NCBI GenBank assembly: GCA_016706255.1
Contig: JADJJZ010000029.1
Location: 78,444 to 142,443, forward strand
From: Bacteroidota bacterium
GTDB taxonomy: Bacteria > Bacteroidota > Bacteroidia > Chitinophagales > BACL12
Direction: 5' to 3'
Length of the DNA: 64,000 nt
Shown here: in pieces, positions 39,101 to 46,120 of the stretch
How positions within the stretch are numbered: the stretch's first letter is position 1
How the letters are laid out: each line of letters starts with the position of its first letter
Notes under the pieces: generated by a model
What the model saw: only the letters and a program-made list of their open reading frames with translations
Told to the model about the DNA's origin: nothing
Databases searched by the model: none
Program-made: the position numbers and the translations under genes

Positions 39101-39379
39101 TGCGTATGTTTCGTCCCAAAATGGTGTGCTATAAACTACAAGGTCGTAAGAAAGCCCTGGAGTAAGCGTTGTAGACAAATCAGTATAATCATTCCAGTCA
39201 TCTCCGGCACCGGTGAAATTTGAAATATCACCCAATTCTACGCCATCAATGTAATCGTCATCTCCTGTGCCTGTAATGTAGTCGGGGGTGCAATATTGCG
39301 CATTTCCAATACTGCTGATAAGAAGAACAACTCCTAAGAGAGTAATTCCCTTTATCCGGTTGAATAAAGATTTTAACAT
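36158..39379 (-). CDS. Giant T9SS cargo protein B, 5' fragment (signal peptide, GEVED domain, CARDB, MAM-like, CARDB, module X, CARDB, MAM-like)
   Basis: 1073-aa ORF with a signal peptide. The GEVED-type N-domain runs from AQYCTPDY to YGEAEDYTINI. The conserved sequence ends ...SHHDIAFLA and then stops. Reading one frame over continues GGAPYVKFRFKF into ORF 34074-36161. Confidence 0.85.
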   Translation of the reverse strand: MLKSLFNRIKGITLLGVVLLISSIGNAQYCTPDYITGTGDDDYIDGVELGDISNFTGAGDDWNDYTDLSTTLTPGLSYDLVVYSTPFWDETYAAWIDWNQDETFSDDERLNATDLVVTAGGIGTISFTVPFTAFPGSTRMRVMCVYFPTEAIIPCPDLLYNYGEAEDYTINIPAAGPYDIGATTITGISSGCGLGVTPVTINITNFGTEPTGSFQIAYQVTDPTAGLLPAVVETYPGPAIPSLTTVSYTFSAPANFTNIGDYNVNAYTIYGVDTEPLNDATDIDFTSIPTITTYPYYQNFEEGEAGWMAGGSLSTWELGDPAGFAIIGAPPATPGSLKSWTTELDDYYNLNEKSWVESPCYDFSSLSFPFMEFDLNYDIQLYDDGAKVQYSTDGGDSWSDLGSLGTGENWYQHDACYAMYPTFYIDNYYGWSGNSGGWLHAYHDLSFLAGETDVKFRFVFASSSYWNFNDGFAFDNMWIGDPYPNDIGVSAVIDPESGPFLTASENVTVEVTNYGTLSQSGFPVSYQFDGGTVVTETFAATLAPGASANYTFGPTVDLLALDTYALVAWTNLATDEDESNDTLSVSITHMLPISGTGANYIYSNVPGGEPWFTVSNDAHMDDVFGAGEWTTDYYETVDPVALFSVDNCFIFMEGSDAHAEELESFLNTNMLLVENWVAAGGHLFINAAPNEGDGMNLGFGGTTLSYPWYASDVTAFDPLHPIWDGPFTPTSTSMNGFNYGHAAVNGSDWTPIIYDEFNPDKIIAAEKSWGAGMVVFGGMTVTDFHAPFTEAGNFRKNIISYLASCTISDNDVGVQSITAPVSGCSLSDAETVTVKVKNFGFMSQTNIPVKYQADGGVIVTEIIAGPLNPGEDLLYTFTTTVDLSALGDHDITAWTALVTDTIYENDTTLRTILNVPYISSYPYFEDWETGDGNGWYASGTSSTWELGFLDGPVINTPPVATPESQNSWATSLTANYNDDEESYLASPCFDLSSLLLPYVEVDLWWVTEDTWDGMQLEYTTDGVTWNVLGDIGTGENWYTNYAAALDGENGWVGNGLGWVTSHHDIAFLAVHLM

Positions 39380-39501
39380 AGTCGCTTTTTAGTATGAAAA
39401 GAAAGAGATTGTAAAAGTAGGGAAGTACGCTTAATTATGAAAAAAATATTTATGCACCGACAATCTGGAAATTTTGTAATGAGCGTTTGGGCATTCCTGA
39501 C

Positions 39502-39509
39502 TATATTTG
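39502..39509 (+). promoter_or_regulatory. Bacteroidota-type -7 box (TAnnTTTG) for the sigma54-type regulator gene
   Basis: TATATTTG, 14 nt upstream of the ATG at 39523. Confidence 0.4.
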
Positions 39510-39522
39510 AGCCGTCCTTTAA

Positions 39523-40992
39523 ATGACAGATACCAAAATGCGCCCGTCAGTACTGATAATTGATGATGACCCTACTTTTTGCCTGATGCTGAAAAGCTTT
39601 CTGAGCAAAAAAGATTTTACCACCGAAACTGCTTTTTCCGGCACTGAAGCTTTGACTCAGGTGCGGAATAATAATTTCGATGTGGTATTAAGCGATTTTC
39701 GTTTGCCTGACACTGATGGGTTAGAATTACTCGAAAATATTCGTGAAATAAAACCGGGCACACCGGTAATTATCATGACTTCTTATGCAGATATTCGCAT
39801 TGCTGTTAAAGCAATGAAAATTGGTGCGTATGAATATGTTACCAAGCCGGTAAATCCTGATGAAATACTATTAACCATTAAAAATGCACTCAACCGCGAT
39901 AAAGACAAAATGGTGGTTAGTGCACCGCAACCGGTTTCCCAAAATAATACCAATAAAAACGAACAACCTTCAGGAAAAAAAAGCACGTTAAAAAACGGAT
40001 TTGAATATGTTGAAGGCAATAGTGATACTGCAAACCGTATCATGCAATATATTGATGTTGTAGCACCAACTAATTTATCAGTGATAATAAATGGTGAAAG
40101 TGGTACAGGTAAAGAATATGTTGCTAAAATGATTCACCAAAAAAGTAATCGTTCACATAAACCGTTTGTTTCAATTGATTGCGGCGCTTTGAGTCGTGAA
40201 TTAGCTGCGAGCGAATTATTCGGCCATATTAAAGGTTCATTTACAGGTGCTATTGCGGATAAAACAGGCCAGTTTGTTTATGCTGATGGCGGTACTTTGT
40301 TTTTAGATGAAATTGGTAATTTATCCTACGAAATACAAGTGCAATTATTACGCGCAATTCAGGAACGCAGAATTCGGAAAATAGGCAGCAATCAAGACGT
40401 TGAAGTTGATGTTCGTATTATAGTTGCAACCAACGAAGATTTACAGGAAGCTGTTAAAAAAGGTAATTTCAGAGAAGATTTATATCATCGTTTAAATGAA
40501 TTTACGGTAATTGTTCCATCGCTGCGCGATCGTGGTAGTGATATTGATATTTTTGCGCAACATTTTCTTCAATTGGCTAATACCGAATTAAATAAAGATG
40601 TTGAAGATTTTGATGATGAAGTGAAAGCAATTTTCAGGAAATATTCATGGCCGGGCAACCTTCGTGAAATGCGCAATGTAGTACGTCGTGCAGTATTACT
40701 GGCAAGTGGTGGCCTTGTAAAAAAAGAAACCCTGCCTCATGAAATTATTTTTGAGAAACAAGATGACGTTCAATCGAATTACAATAATAACACACAGCAA
40801 AAACAATTTACCGAAGCGCCAAGTGATTTAAAATCGTTGGCTGAAAAAACAGAACGTGAATTAATTTTAAGCACCCTAATAAAAGTAAACTACAATAAAA
40901 GTAAGGCAGCAACCTTATTGAAAATTGACCGGAAAACCTTATACAACAAAATGAAGTTGTATAAAATTTTAACAGGTAACGAAGAGGAATAA
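39523..40992 (+). CDS. Sigma54-dependent (NtrC-family) response regulator / enhancer-binding protein
   Basis: 489 aa with a REC domain (VLIIDDDP...VLSDFRLPDTDG), an AAA+ sigma54-interaction domain (GESGTGKE, GSFTGA, LFLDEIG) and a C-terminal Fis-type HTH (NKSKAATLLKIDRKTLYNKMK). Confidence 0.9.
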   Translation: MTDTKMRPSVLIIDDDPTFCLMLKSFLSKKDFTTETAFSGTEALTQVRNNNFDVVLSDFRLPDTDGLELLENIREIKPGTPVIIMTSYADIRIAVKAMKIGAYEYVTKPVNPDEILLTIKNALNRDKDKMVVSAPQPVSQNNTNKNEQPSGKKSTLKNGFEYVEGNSDTANRIMQYIDVVAPTNLSVIINGESGTGKEYVAKMIHQKSNRSHKPFVSIDCGALSRELAASELFGHIKGSFTGAIADKTGQFVYADGGTLFLDEIGNLSYEIQVQLLRAIQERRIRKIGSNQDVEVDVRIIVATNEDLQEAVKKGNFREDLYHRLNEFTVIVPSLRDRGSDIDIFAQHFLQLANTELNKDVEDFDDEVKAIFRKYSWPGNLREMRNVVRRAVLLASGGLVKKETLPHEIIFEKQDDVQSNYNNNTQQKQFTEAPSDLKSLAEKTERELILSTLIKVNYNKSKAATLLKIDRKTLYNKMKLYKILTGNEEE

Positions 40993-40994
40993 AT

Positions 40995-43616
40995 TTAATT
41001 TAGCGCGAGTGTTCTTGATTCAGCTTCCAAGGCTGCAAATACATCTTTACTAACCTCTTCTATTTTATAGTAATGTTGCAATAAAACATTGTTTTGCGCT
41101 TCTTGCACAATTTCCATTTCCTTTAATTCAGGTATTATTGACATTACATGAAAGTGATTATAAGATGGCAGCATTTTATGCGCGGTATTTCGAATAACAT
41201 GCAAATCGTGTTTTTCAACCGCATCCTTTAGTGTAAATAAATTTAGTGAATTATTTTGAATAAACGAGTCAATGATGGCAACCAGTATAGCATTATCATT
41301 GTCTGCAAATTTTCTAATTTCATTTAAATTATACGATGACGATTCCATTTGCGTGTTATTTATATTTTCTGTTACCGTAACGGCATCGGTTTTGTTGTTT
41401 TTATCACCAATTACAACCGGTGAATGCTTTGAAATCATCTCTAATAATGATTTCTCTTTATATGGTTTTAACAGGATATCGTTAAATCCGCTTTGTTTAA
41501 TTTTAATTACATCATTTTGCATCACGTTTGCAGTCAGCGCAATAAGTGGCACCTGCAAATAACGCTCGCGTATTTTATTGGCCAGCATATAACCATCAAC
41601 CTCCGGCATGTGCAAATCGGCAAGCACCAGATCGAAATTTTGTAAATCGATTTTTTCCAAGGCAACTCTTCCGTTTTCAGCAACAGTAATAACTGCACCA
41701 TATTTCTTCAAAATCACTTCTGCAAGCATCAGGTTGAATGGTTCGTCATCAACTACAAGTATTTCCAAACCGTGCAAATTGACATTGAGTTGGCTATCCT
41801 GAATAATGCTTTTAATTGATTTTTCATCTGCAATTGGCAACGGCAGGTGAATGGTAAAAATACTACCTTTATTCACTTCACTTTTAACTGCAATATCTCC
41901 GCCAAGTAATTGCGCTAACTTTTTAGAAATACTTAAACCCAATCCGGTGCCACCATATTTTTTTGTAATGGTATTTTCACCCTGTTCAAAACTTTCAAAT
42001 ATTTTATCCAGTTTATCCTGCGCAATACCAATTCCTGTGTCAGCAACGGCGAGATAGTAGTGAATAATATTTTTTTGCTTTTTACCGATGCATGTAATTT
42101 CAATTTTACCCGATTCGGTAAATTTTATAGCATTACCGGCAATATTGTATAAAATCTGTTTTATCCGAAACGGATCGCCAATTATGTATTCATCTGTAAA
42201 ATCACCGCATTTGATACTAAATTCCAGACTTTTTTCTTTTGCTTTTATTTCTAATATCGACGATACTTCATCAATTGCCTCTTTAATTTTAAAAGGTTGT
42301 TCATCCACTGCCAATTTCCCTGCTTCTATTTTTGACAAATCCAAAATATCATTTACTGTATTTAATAAATGTGCCCCGGCGTTACTAACTGCTTTGATAT
42401 ATTTTTTTTGAGAAGGCTGAAGGGGAGTGCTTTCCATTTGTTCGGAAAATCCAATAATGGCATTTAATGGCGTTCTTATTTCGTGGCTCATATTTGCCAG
42501 AAATTCTTCTTTGGCTTTTGCCAGATATTCTGCTCTGTTGCGAGCTACAATTAATGCTTGTTTGTATCGGTTACTTCTGTTTATATCTACTAAAATCACC
42601 CCCATAAAAATTAAACCGGTAAGGAGGGCAACTGAGGCAATTCCCAACATCGTTTGAGATGACTTTTTTGCATTATTATTTGCAGCAATTAATTGGGCTT
42701 GATTTTTTGTAACCTGTTCCTGTTTGATACGGTCAATTAATTCGTTAATTTTTTTAATAATGATTTTATCACTGGCTAAAATTTCAAGTTCTTTAATCGT
42801 TAATGTTGTGTTGTATTGTTTTTGTTCGCGTTCAATCTCTTTTAAAGCCTCACGAACATCTTCAACATTTACTGAAGGATTATTTGCAATTTCAAACTGC
42901 AACGAAGAGGTAGAGCCTTTTTGTTGCGTAGTGTCCGACAATTCTACAATAGTAGCAGATGTTGTTGTGGTTTGCTGATTTTTATTTTTCCCAGAAAACA
43001 AATTTTTTAAAAAACCTTCATCTTTAGCCTTGGTTTTATCTTTATCTTTTTTTGAAGATTCTGTTGTAACAGATTGCTGTTTAAGTGCGGGTTGTTTTAA
43101 ATCGTCCGGTTTCGTTTCTATTTTATTTGAAATCGTAATTTGACCTGTTTCGTTTGAGATATTGGATGATATTTTTTTTAAAGCTTTGCTGTTTAATCGT
43201 TCATACTCACTGGACTGTTTAAAAATGACCAGTGAATACATAAGATCAGCCTTGTCCTGAAAATAATCGCCAAGTGTGTCCAAAGCCTCCTCGCTGGATA
43301 CAAAATTGCCATCCTGTTTAAGGTCTTCCAGTTCCACACTAATGTTTTCCATCATTTCAAGGTAACTCTGCAGCGATCCATTATCATTTGTCATGATGAA
43401 GTTCCGCATATTGCCATCGGCCTCATGCATGCTGTTTATCAAATCTTGTAACTCTTCCGTGGAATTATTTGGTGAGGATAATGTTTCAACCGAGCCTAGT
43501 AGTTTATTGAAATTTTGATAAGCAAACCAGGCCGCAAACCCAATAAGTGCGCTGGATAGGATAAACCCTACAATCAATTTCCACGCTAAACCTGTAGATG
43601 GCGCCTTTTCACTCAT
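40995..43616 (-). CDS. Hybrid sensor histidine kinase (CHASE3-like sensor, DHp/HATPase, REC, HPt)
   Basis: 873 aa with two TM segments flanking a helical periplasmic region, the H-box SHEIRTPLNAIIG, G-boxes DTGIGI / GGTGLGLSI, a REC domain (ILVVDDEP...VLADLHMPEVDG) and a C-terminal HPt-like HKMLPSYNHF. Confidence 0.9.
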   Translation of the reverse strand: MSEKAPSTGLAWKLIVGFILSSALIGFAAWFAYQNFNKLLGSVETLSSPNNSTEELQDLINSMHEADGNMRNFIMTNDNGSLQSYLEMMENISVELEDLKQDGNFVSSEEALDTLGDYFQDKADLMYSLVIFKQSSEYERLNSKALKKISSNISNETGQITISNKIETKPDDLKQPALKQQSVTTESSKKDKDKTKAKDEGFLKNLFSGKNKNQQTTTTSATIVELSDTTQQKGSTSSLQFEIANNPSVNVEDVREALKEIEREQKQYNTTLTIKELEILASDKIIIKKINELIDRIKQEQVTKNQAQLIAANNNAKKSSQTMLGIASVALLTGLIFMGVILVDINRSNRYKQALIVARNRAEYLAKAKEEFLANMSHEIRTPLNAIIGFSEQMESTPLQPSQKKYIKAVSNAGAHLLNTVNDILDLSKIEAGKLAVDEQPFKIKEAIDEVSSILEIKAKEKSLEFSIKCGDFTDEYIIGDPFRIKQILYNIAGNAIKFTESGKIEITCIGKKQKNIIHYYLAVADTGIGIAQDKLDKIFESFEQGENTITKKYGGTGLGLSISKKLAQLLGGDIAVKSEVNKGSIFTIHLPLPIADEKSIKSIIQDSQLNVNLHGLEILVVDDEPFNLMLAEVILKKYGAVITVAENGRVALEKIDLQNFDLVLADLHMPEVDGYMLANKIRERYLQVPLIALTANVMQNDVIKIKQSGFNDILLKPYKEKSLLEMISKHSPVVIGDKNNKTDAVTVTENINNTQMESSSYNLNEIRKFADNDNAILVAIIDSFIQNNSLNLFTLKDAVEKHDLHVIRNTAHKMLPSYNHFHVMSIIPELKEMEIVQEAQNNVLLQHYYKIEEVSKDVFAALEAESRTLALN

Positions 43617-43760
43617 ATTCTTGCGTTTAAAGTTACGTTTTTTTAGTAAAAACAGTAGTTTTGGAACTTATAGGTAAATAAAATGTTTCTATAACATTAA
43701 ATTAACATTGACTTACTATTCAATTAATACCCTGTATTTAGCTTTACATCAAAATTGAGT

Positions 43761-44444
43761 ATGAACAACGATAAAATTAAGATATTGATTGTGGATGACG
43801 AGCCGGATATCCTTGAGGTGATAGAATACAACCTTTTAAAAGAAGATTATCAGGTGGTGCGGGCTGCTAATGGTAAAATTGCCATTGAAAAAGCAATTGC
43901 TGAAAAACCGAACCTCGTGTTGCTGGACATCATGATGCCCGAACTGGATGGCATTGAAGTTTGCCGGGAATTGCGCAGTATGCGGGAGTTTGACAACACG
44001 CTGATAGCATTTTTAACCGCCAGAAACGAAGATTTTACTCAAGTGCAGGGTTTTGATGTTGGGGCAGATGATTATATCACTAAACCTATTAAACCACGTA
44101 TCTTATTATCAAGAATAAAAGCTTTATTACGTCGCACTGCTGTTTCTGAACCACAAAGTGAAGCAGTTACCTATGGCGATTTAAGTATTGATGAAGAAAA
44201 ATTCCTGGTTTATGTTAAGGGAGAACCTATTTCATTAGCCAAAAAAGAATTTGAATTAATTCAACTACTGGCATCTAAACCCGGTAAGGTGTTTACCCGT
44301 CAGGAAATTTTTAATAAAATTTGGGGTATGGATGTAATTGTCGGAGATAGAACCATTGACGTACATATTCGCAAAATAAGAGAAAAAATTGGTGAAGATT
44401 TTATTAAAACAATAAAAGGAATTGGTTATAAATTTGACCATTAA
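43761..44444 (+). CDS. OmpR/PhoB-family response regulator
   Basis: The track start is TTG 43755. ATG 43761 gives MNNDKIKILIVDDEPD. REC domain plus winged helix (RTIDVHIRKIREKI...GIGYKF). Confidence 0.9.
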   Translation: MNNDKIKILIVDDEPDILEVIEYNLLKEDYQVVRAANGKIAIEKAIAEKPNLVLLDIMMPELDGIEVCRELRSMREFDNTLIAFLTARNEDFTQVQGFDVGADDYITKPIKPRILLSRIKALLRRTAVSEPQSEAVTYGDLSIDEEKFLVYVKGEPISLAKKEFELIQLLASKPGKVFTRQEIFNKIWGMDVIVGDRTIDVHIRKIREKIGEDFIKTIKGIGYKFDH

Positions 44445-44447
44445 TTA

Positions 44448-44714
44448 ATGAAGAATGCTTCACCAAGCAGAATTGTTTTAGCCGCCTCCGGAATTATTTT
44501 ATGTATTCTGCTGGTGCTGGAACTGGCATGGTATGTTTTCCCTGCTTTACAGTTCAAAGCATATCAATTGGTAATTATACCACTTATTGCCTTTCTCGCC
44601 ATATTTATTACATTTTATTTAGCGGTAGAAAAATTTATTTACCGCAAAATAAAACTCATCTACAAAACAATTCACGCTTTAAAATCTACCAAAGAAATTG
44701 CCGACGAAAAATGA
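44448..44714 (+). CDS. Sensor histidine kinase, N-terminal two-TM fragment (or separate small membrane protein)
   Basis: 88 aa with two TM helices followed by a coiled linker (KFIYRKIKLIYKTIHALKSTKEIADEK). The stop TGA overlaps the ATG of the kinase core (ATGA at 44711-44714) within an A5 run. Confidence 0.6.
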   Translation: MKNASPSRIVLAASGIILCILLVLELAWYVFPALQFKAYQLVIIPLIAFLAIFITFYLAVEKFIYRKIKLIYKTIHALKSTKEIADEK

Positions 44715-45496
44715 AAATGTCTTCAGATGTAATTTCTGAAGTAAACAAAGAAGTTATCGAATGGGCAAAGGAAAGAAGCAGTGAAATTGATTTACTCATA
44801 AAACAGGCTGATTATCGTAAAGAATTTTTAGGCAATGTAAGTCATGAACTCAAAACACCCATCATGAGCATACAGGGATATCTTGAAACTCTTTCTGATG
44901 GCGGAATTGAGGACCCGACAATTAATAGCATCTACATTGAAAAAGCATTAAAAAATGTAGAACGAATGACCATGATTATTGATGATCTGGTAAATATTTC
45001 TATGTTGGAAAGTGGCGAGCTGGAATTAAATTACAAACGTTTTGATATAAATGAACTTGTTCAGGAAGTGTATGAATCGCTCGAAATGCAAGCAGCACAA
45101 TCCAATACAACTTTATCGATAAAAGAAGGATGTGATCATGCTTTTTATGTGTATGCAGATGAAAAATTAATCAGGGAAGTATTAGTAAATCTTATCACCA
45201 ATGCCATTAAATATGGCAGAGCAAATGGCTTTGTGCACACCGGCTATTACAACATGGGTGATAATATATTAATTGAGGTAGCAGACAATGGATTGGGTAT
45301 TGGTAAAGAACATCTCAACCGTGTTTTCGAACGTTTTTTCCGCATTGAAAAAAGCCGTTCTCGCGACATGGGTGGCACAGGGTTAGGTCTTGCCATCGTA
45401 AAACATATCGTTGAAGCACACCATCAGAATGTAAACGTACGCAGTACAGCAGGTGAGGGTTCTACATTTGGATTTACCTTAAAAAGGGCTAAATAA
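44711..45496 (+). CDS. Sensor histidine kinase, DHp + HATPase core
   Basis: H-box FLGNVSHELKTPIMSIQGY, N-box LVNLITNAIKY and G-boxes DNGLGIG / GGTGLGLAIVKH. The in-frame upstream part of track ORF 44501-45496 lies out of frame over ORF 44448-44714, so it is probably non-coding. Confidence 0.85.
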   Translation: MKMSSDVISEVNKEVIEWAKERSSEIDLLIKQADYRKEFLGNVSHELKTPIMSIQGYLETLSDGGIEDPTINSIYIEKALKNVERMTMIIDDLVNISMLESGELELNYKRFDINELVQEVYESLEMQAAQSNTTLSIKEGCDHAFYVYADEKLIREVLVNLITNAIKYGRANGFVHTGYYNMGDNILIEVADNGLGIGKEHLNRVFERFFRIEKSRSRDMGGTGLGLAIVKHIVEAHHQNVNVRSTAGEGSTFGFTLKRAK

Positions 45497-45502
45497 ACTT
45501 AA

Positions 45503-45907
45503 TTATTTTTCGAATTTCAGAGAAGCAGAATTCACACAGAAACGGTTTCCTGTTTCGGTTGGGCCATCATCAAAAACATGGCCTAAATGACCACCACAGT
45601 TACTGCATAAAATTTCTGTTCTACGCATGCCAAATGCATAATCTTCTTCATATTCAACCGTTCCTTTTTCAATTTCACGGTCAAACGCCGGCCAACCACA
45701 ACCACTGTCGAATTTAGATTCGGAAGTAAACAACTTTTGGCCGCAACCAGCGCATAAATAATAACCCTTATCGAAAAAGTGGTCATATTCGCCTGTAAAT
45801 GGGCGTTCTGTGCCTTTTTTGCGTAAAATCCTGTATTGTTCCGCACTGAGTTCTTCCTGCCAATCCTGGTCAGATTTCACTATCTTATATTGTTTAGCGT
45901 TTCCCAT
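45503..45907 (-). CDS. msrB: Peptide-methionine (R)-S-oxide reductase
   Basis: 134 aa with two CxxC pairs (CAGCGQ, CSNCGG), GCGWPAF and the catalytic RFCVNS. Confidence 0.9.
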   Translation of the reverse strand: MGNAKQYKIVKSDQDWQEELSAEQYRILRKKGTERPFTGEYDHFFDKGYYLCAGCGQKLFTSESKFDSGCGWPAFDREIEKGTVEYEEDYAFGMRRTEILCSNCGGHLGHVFDDGPTETGNRFCVNSASLKFEK

Positions 45908-46000
45908 CGTTCAATTTTAACAAAATTAGTATACGAATGGTTTCAAAACACAGTTTTGAACAAATTTTAAGTTGCCTTGTTTTACCGAAAAATATCTACA

Positions 46001-46120
46001 ATGAGCAAACTACCCGGTTACAGTAAAATTGTATTGGCGTTGATACTTTTTATTGGTTTAATCAGCTTACTCACATTGGTATCGCTGCTTGTGCATCATG
46101 AAATAATTACGTTCGGTTAA
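46001..46120 (+). CDS. Possible 39-aa single-TM peptide (speculative)
   Basis: My translation is MSKLPGYSKIVLALILFIGLISLLTLVSLLVHHEIITFG. It is not in the ORF track because it is too short. Its stop overlaps the stop of the convergent gene. No other support. Confidence 0.25.
   Translation: MSKLPGYSKIVLALILFIGLISLLTLVSLLVHHEIITFG

Noticed and set aside
39466-39482. CTGGAAATTTTGTAATG considered as a sigma54 -24/-12 element
   Set aside because: The GG and TTG elements are about 3 nt too close for the TGGCAC-N5-TTGC spacing, and the -24 half is poor. I found no acceptable sigma54 promoter in either giant-gene spacer.
41272-42978. Series of plus-strand ORFs (41272-41562, 41608-41802, 41851-42057, 42088-42411, 42427-42657, 42724-42978), plus many other nested ORFs in the track
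   Set aside because: These are antisense shadows of the hybrid kinase gene. Other nested ORFs (for example 1503-1724, 12155-12460, 22718-23145, 25384-25764 and 51903-52949) lie likewise inside well-supported genes.
44700-44715. Programmed ribosomal frameshifting at the four split genes
   Set aside because: I could not recognise a canonical slippery heptamer with a downstream structure at any of the sites. A one-base run-length error or a genuine mutation is the simpler explanation.
45930-45960. Hairpin gtttcaaaac..gttttgaac upstream of msrB considered as a regulatory element
   Set aside because: The stem is short, AT-rich and imperfect, with no adjacent T-run or conserved box. It cannot be distinguished from chance in AT-rich spacer DNA.
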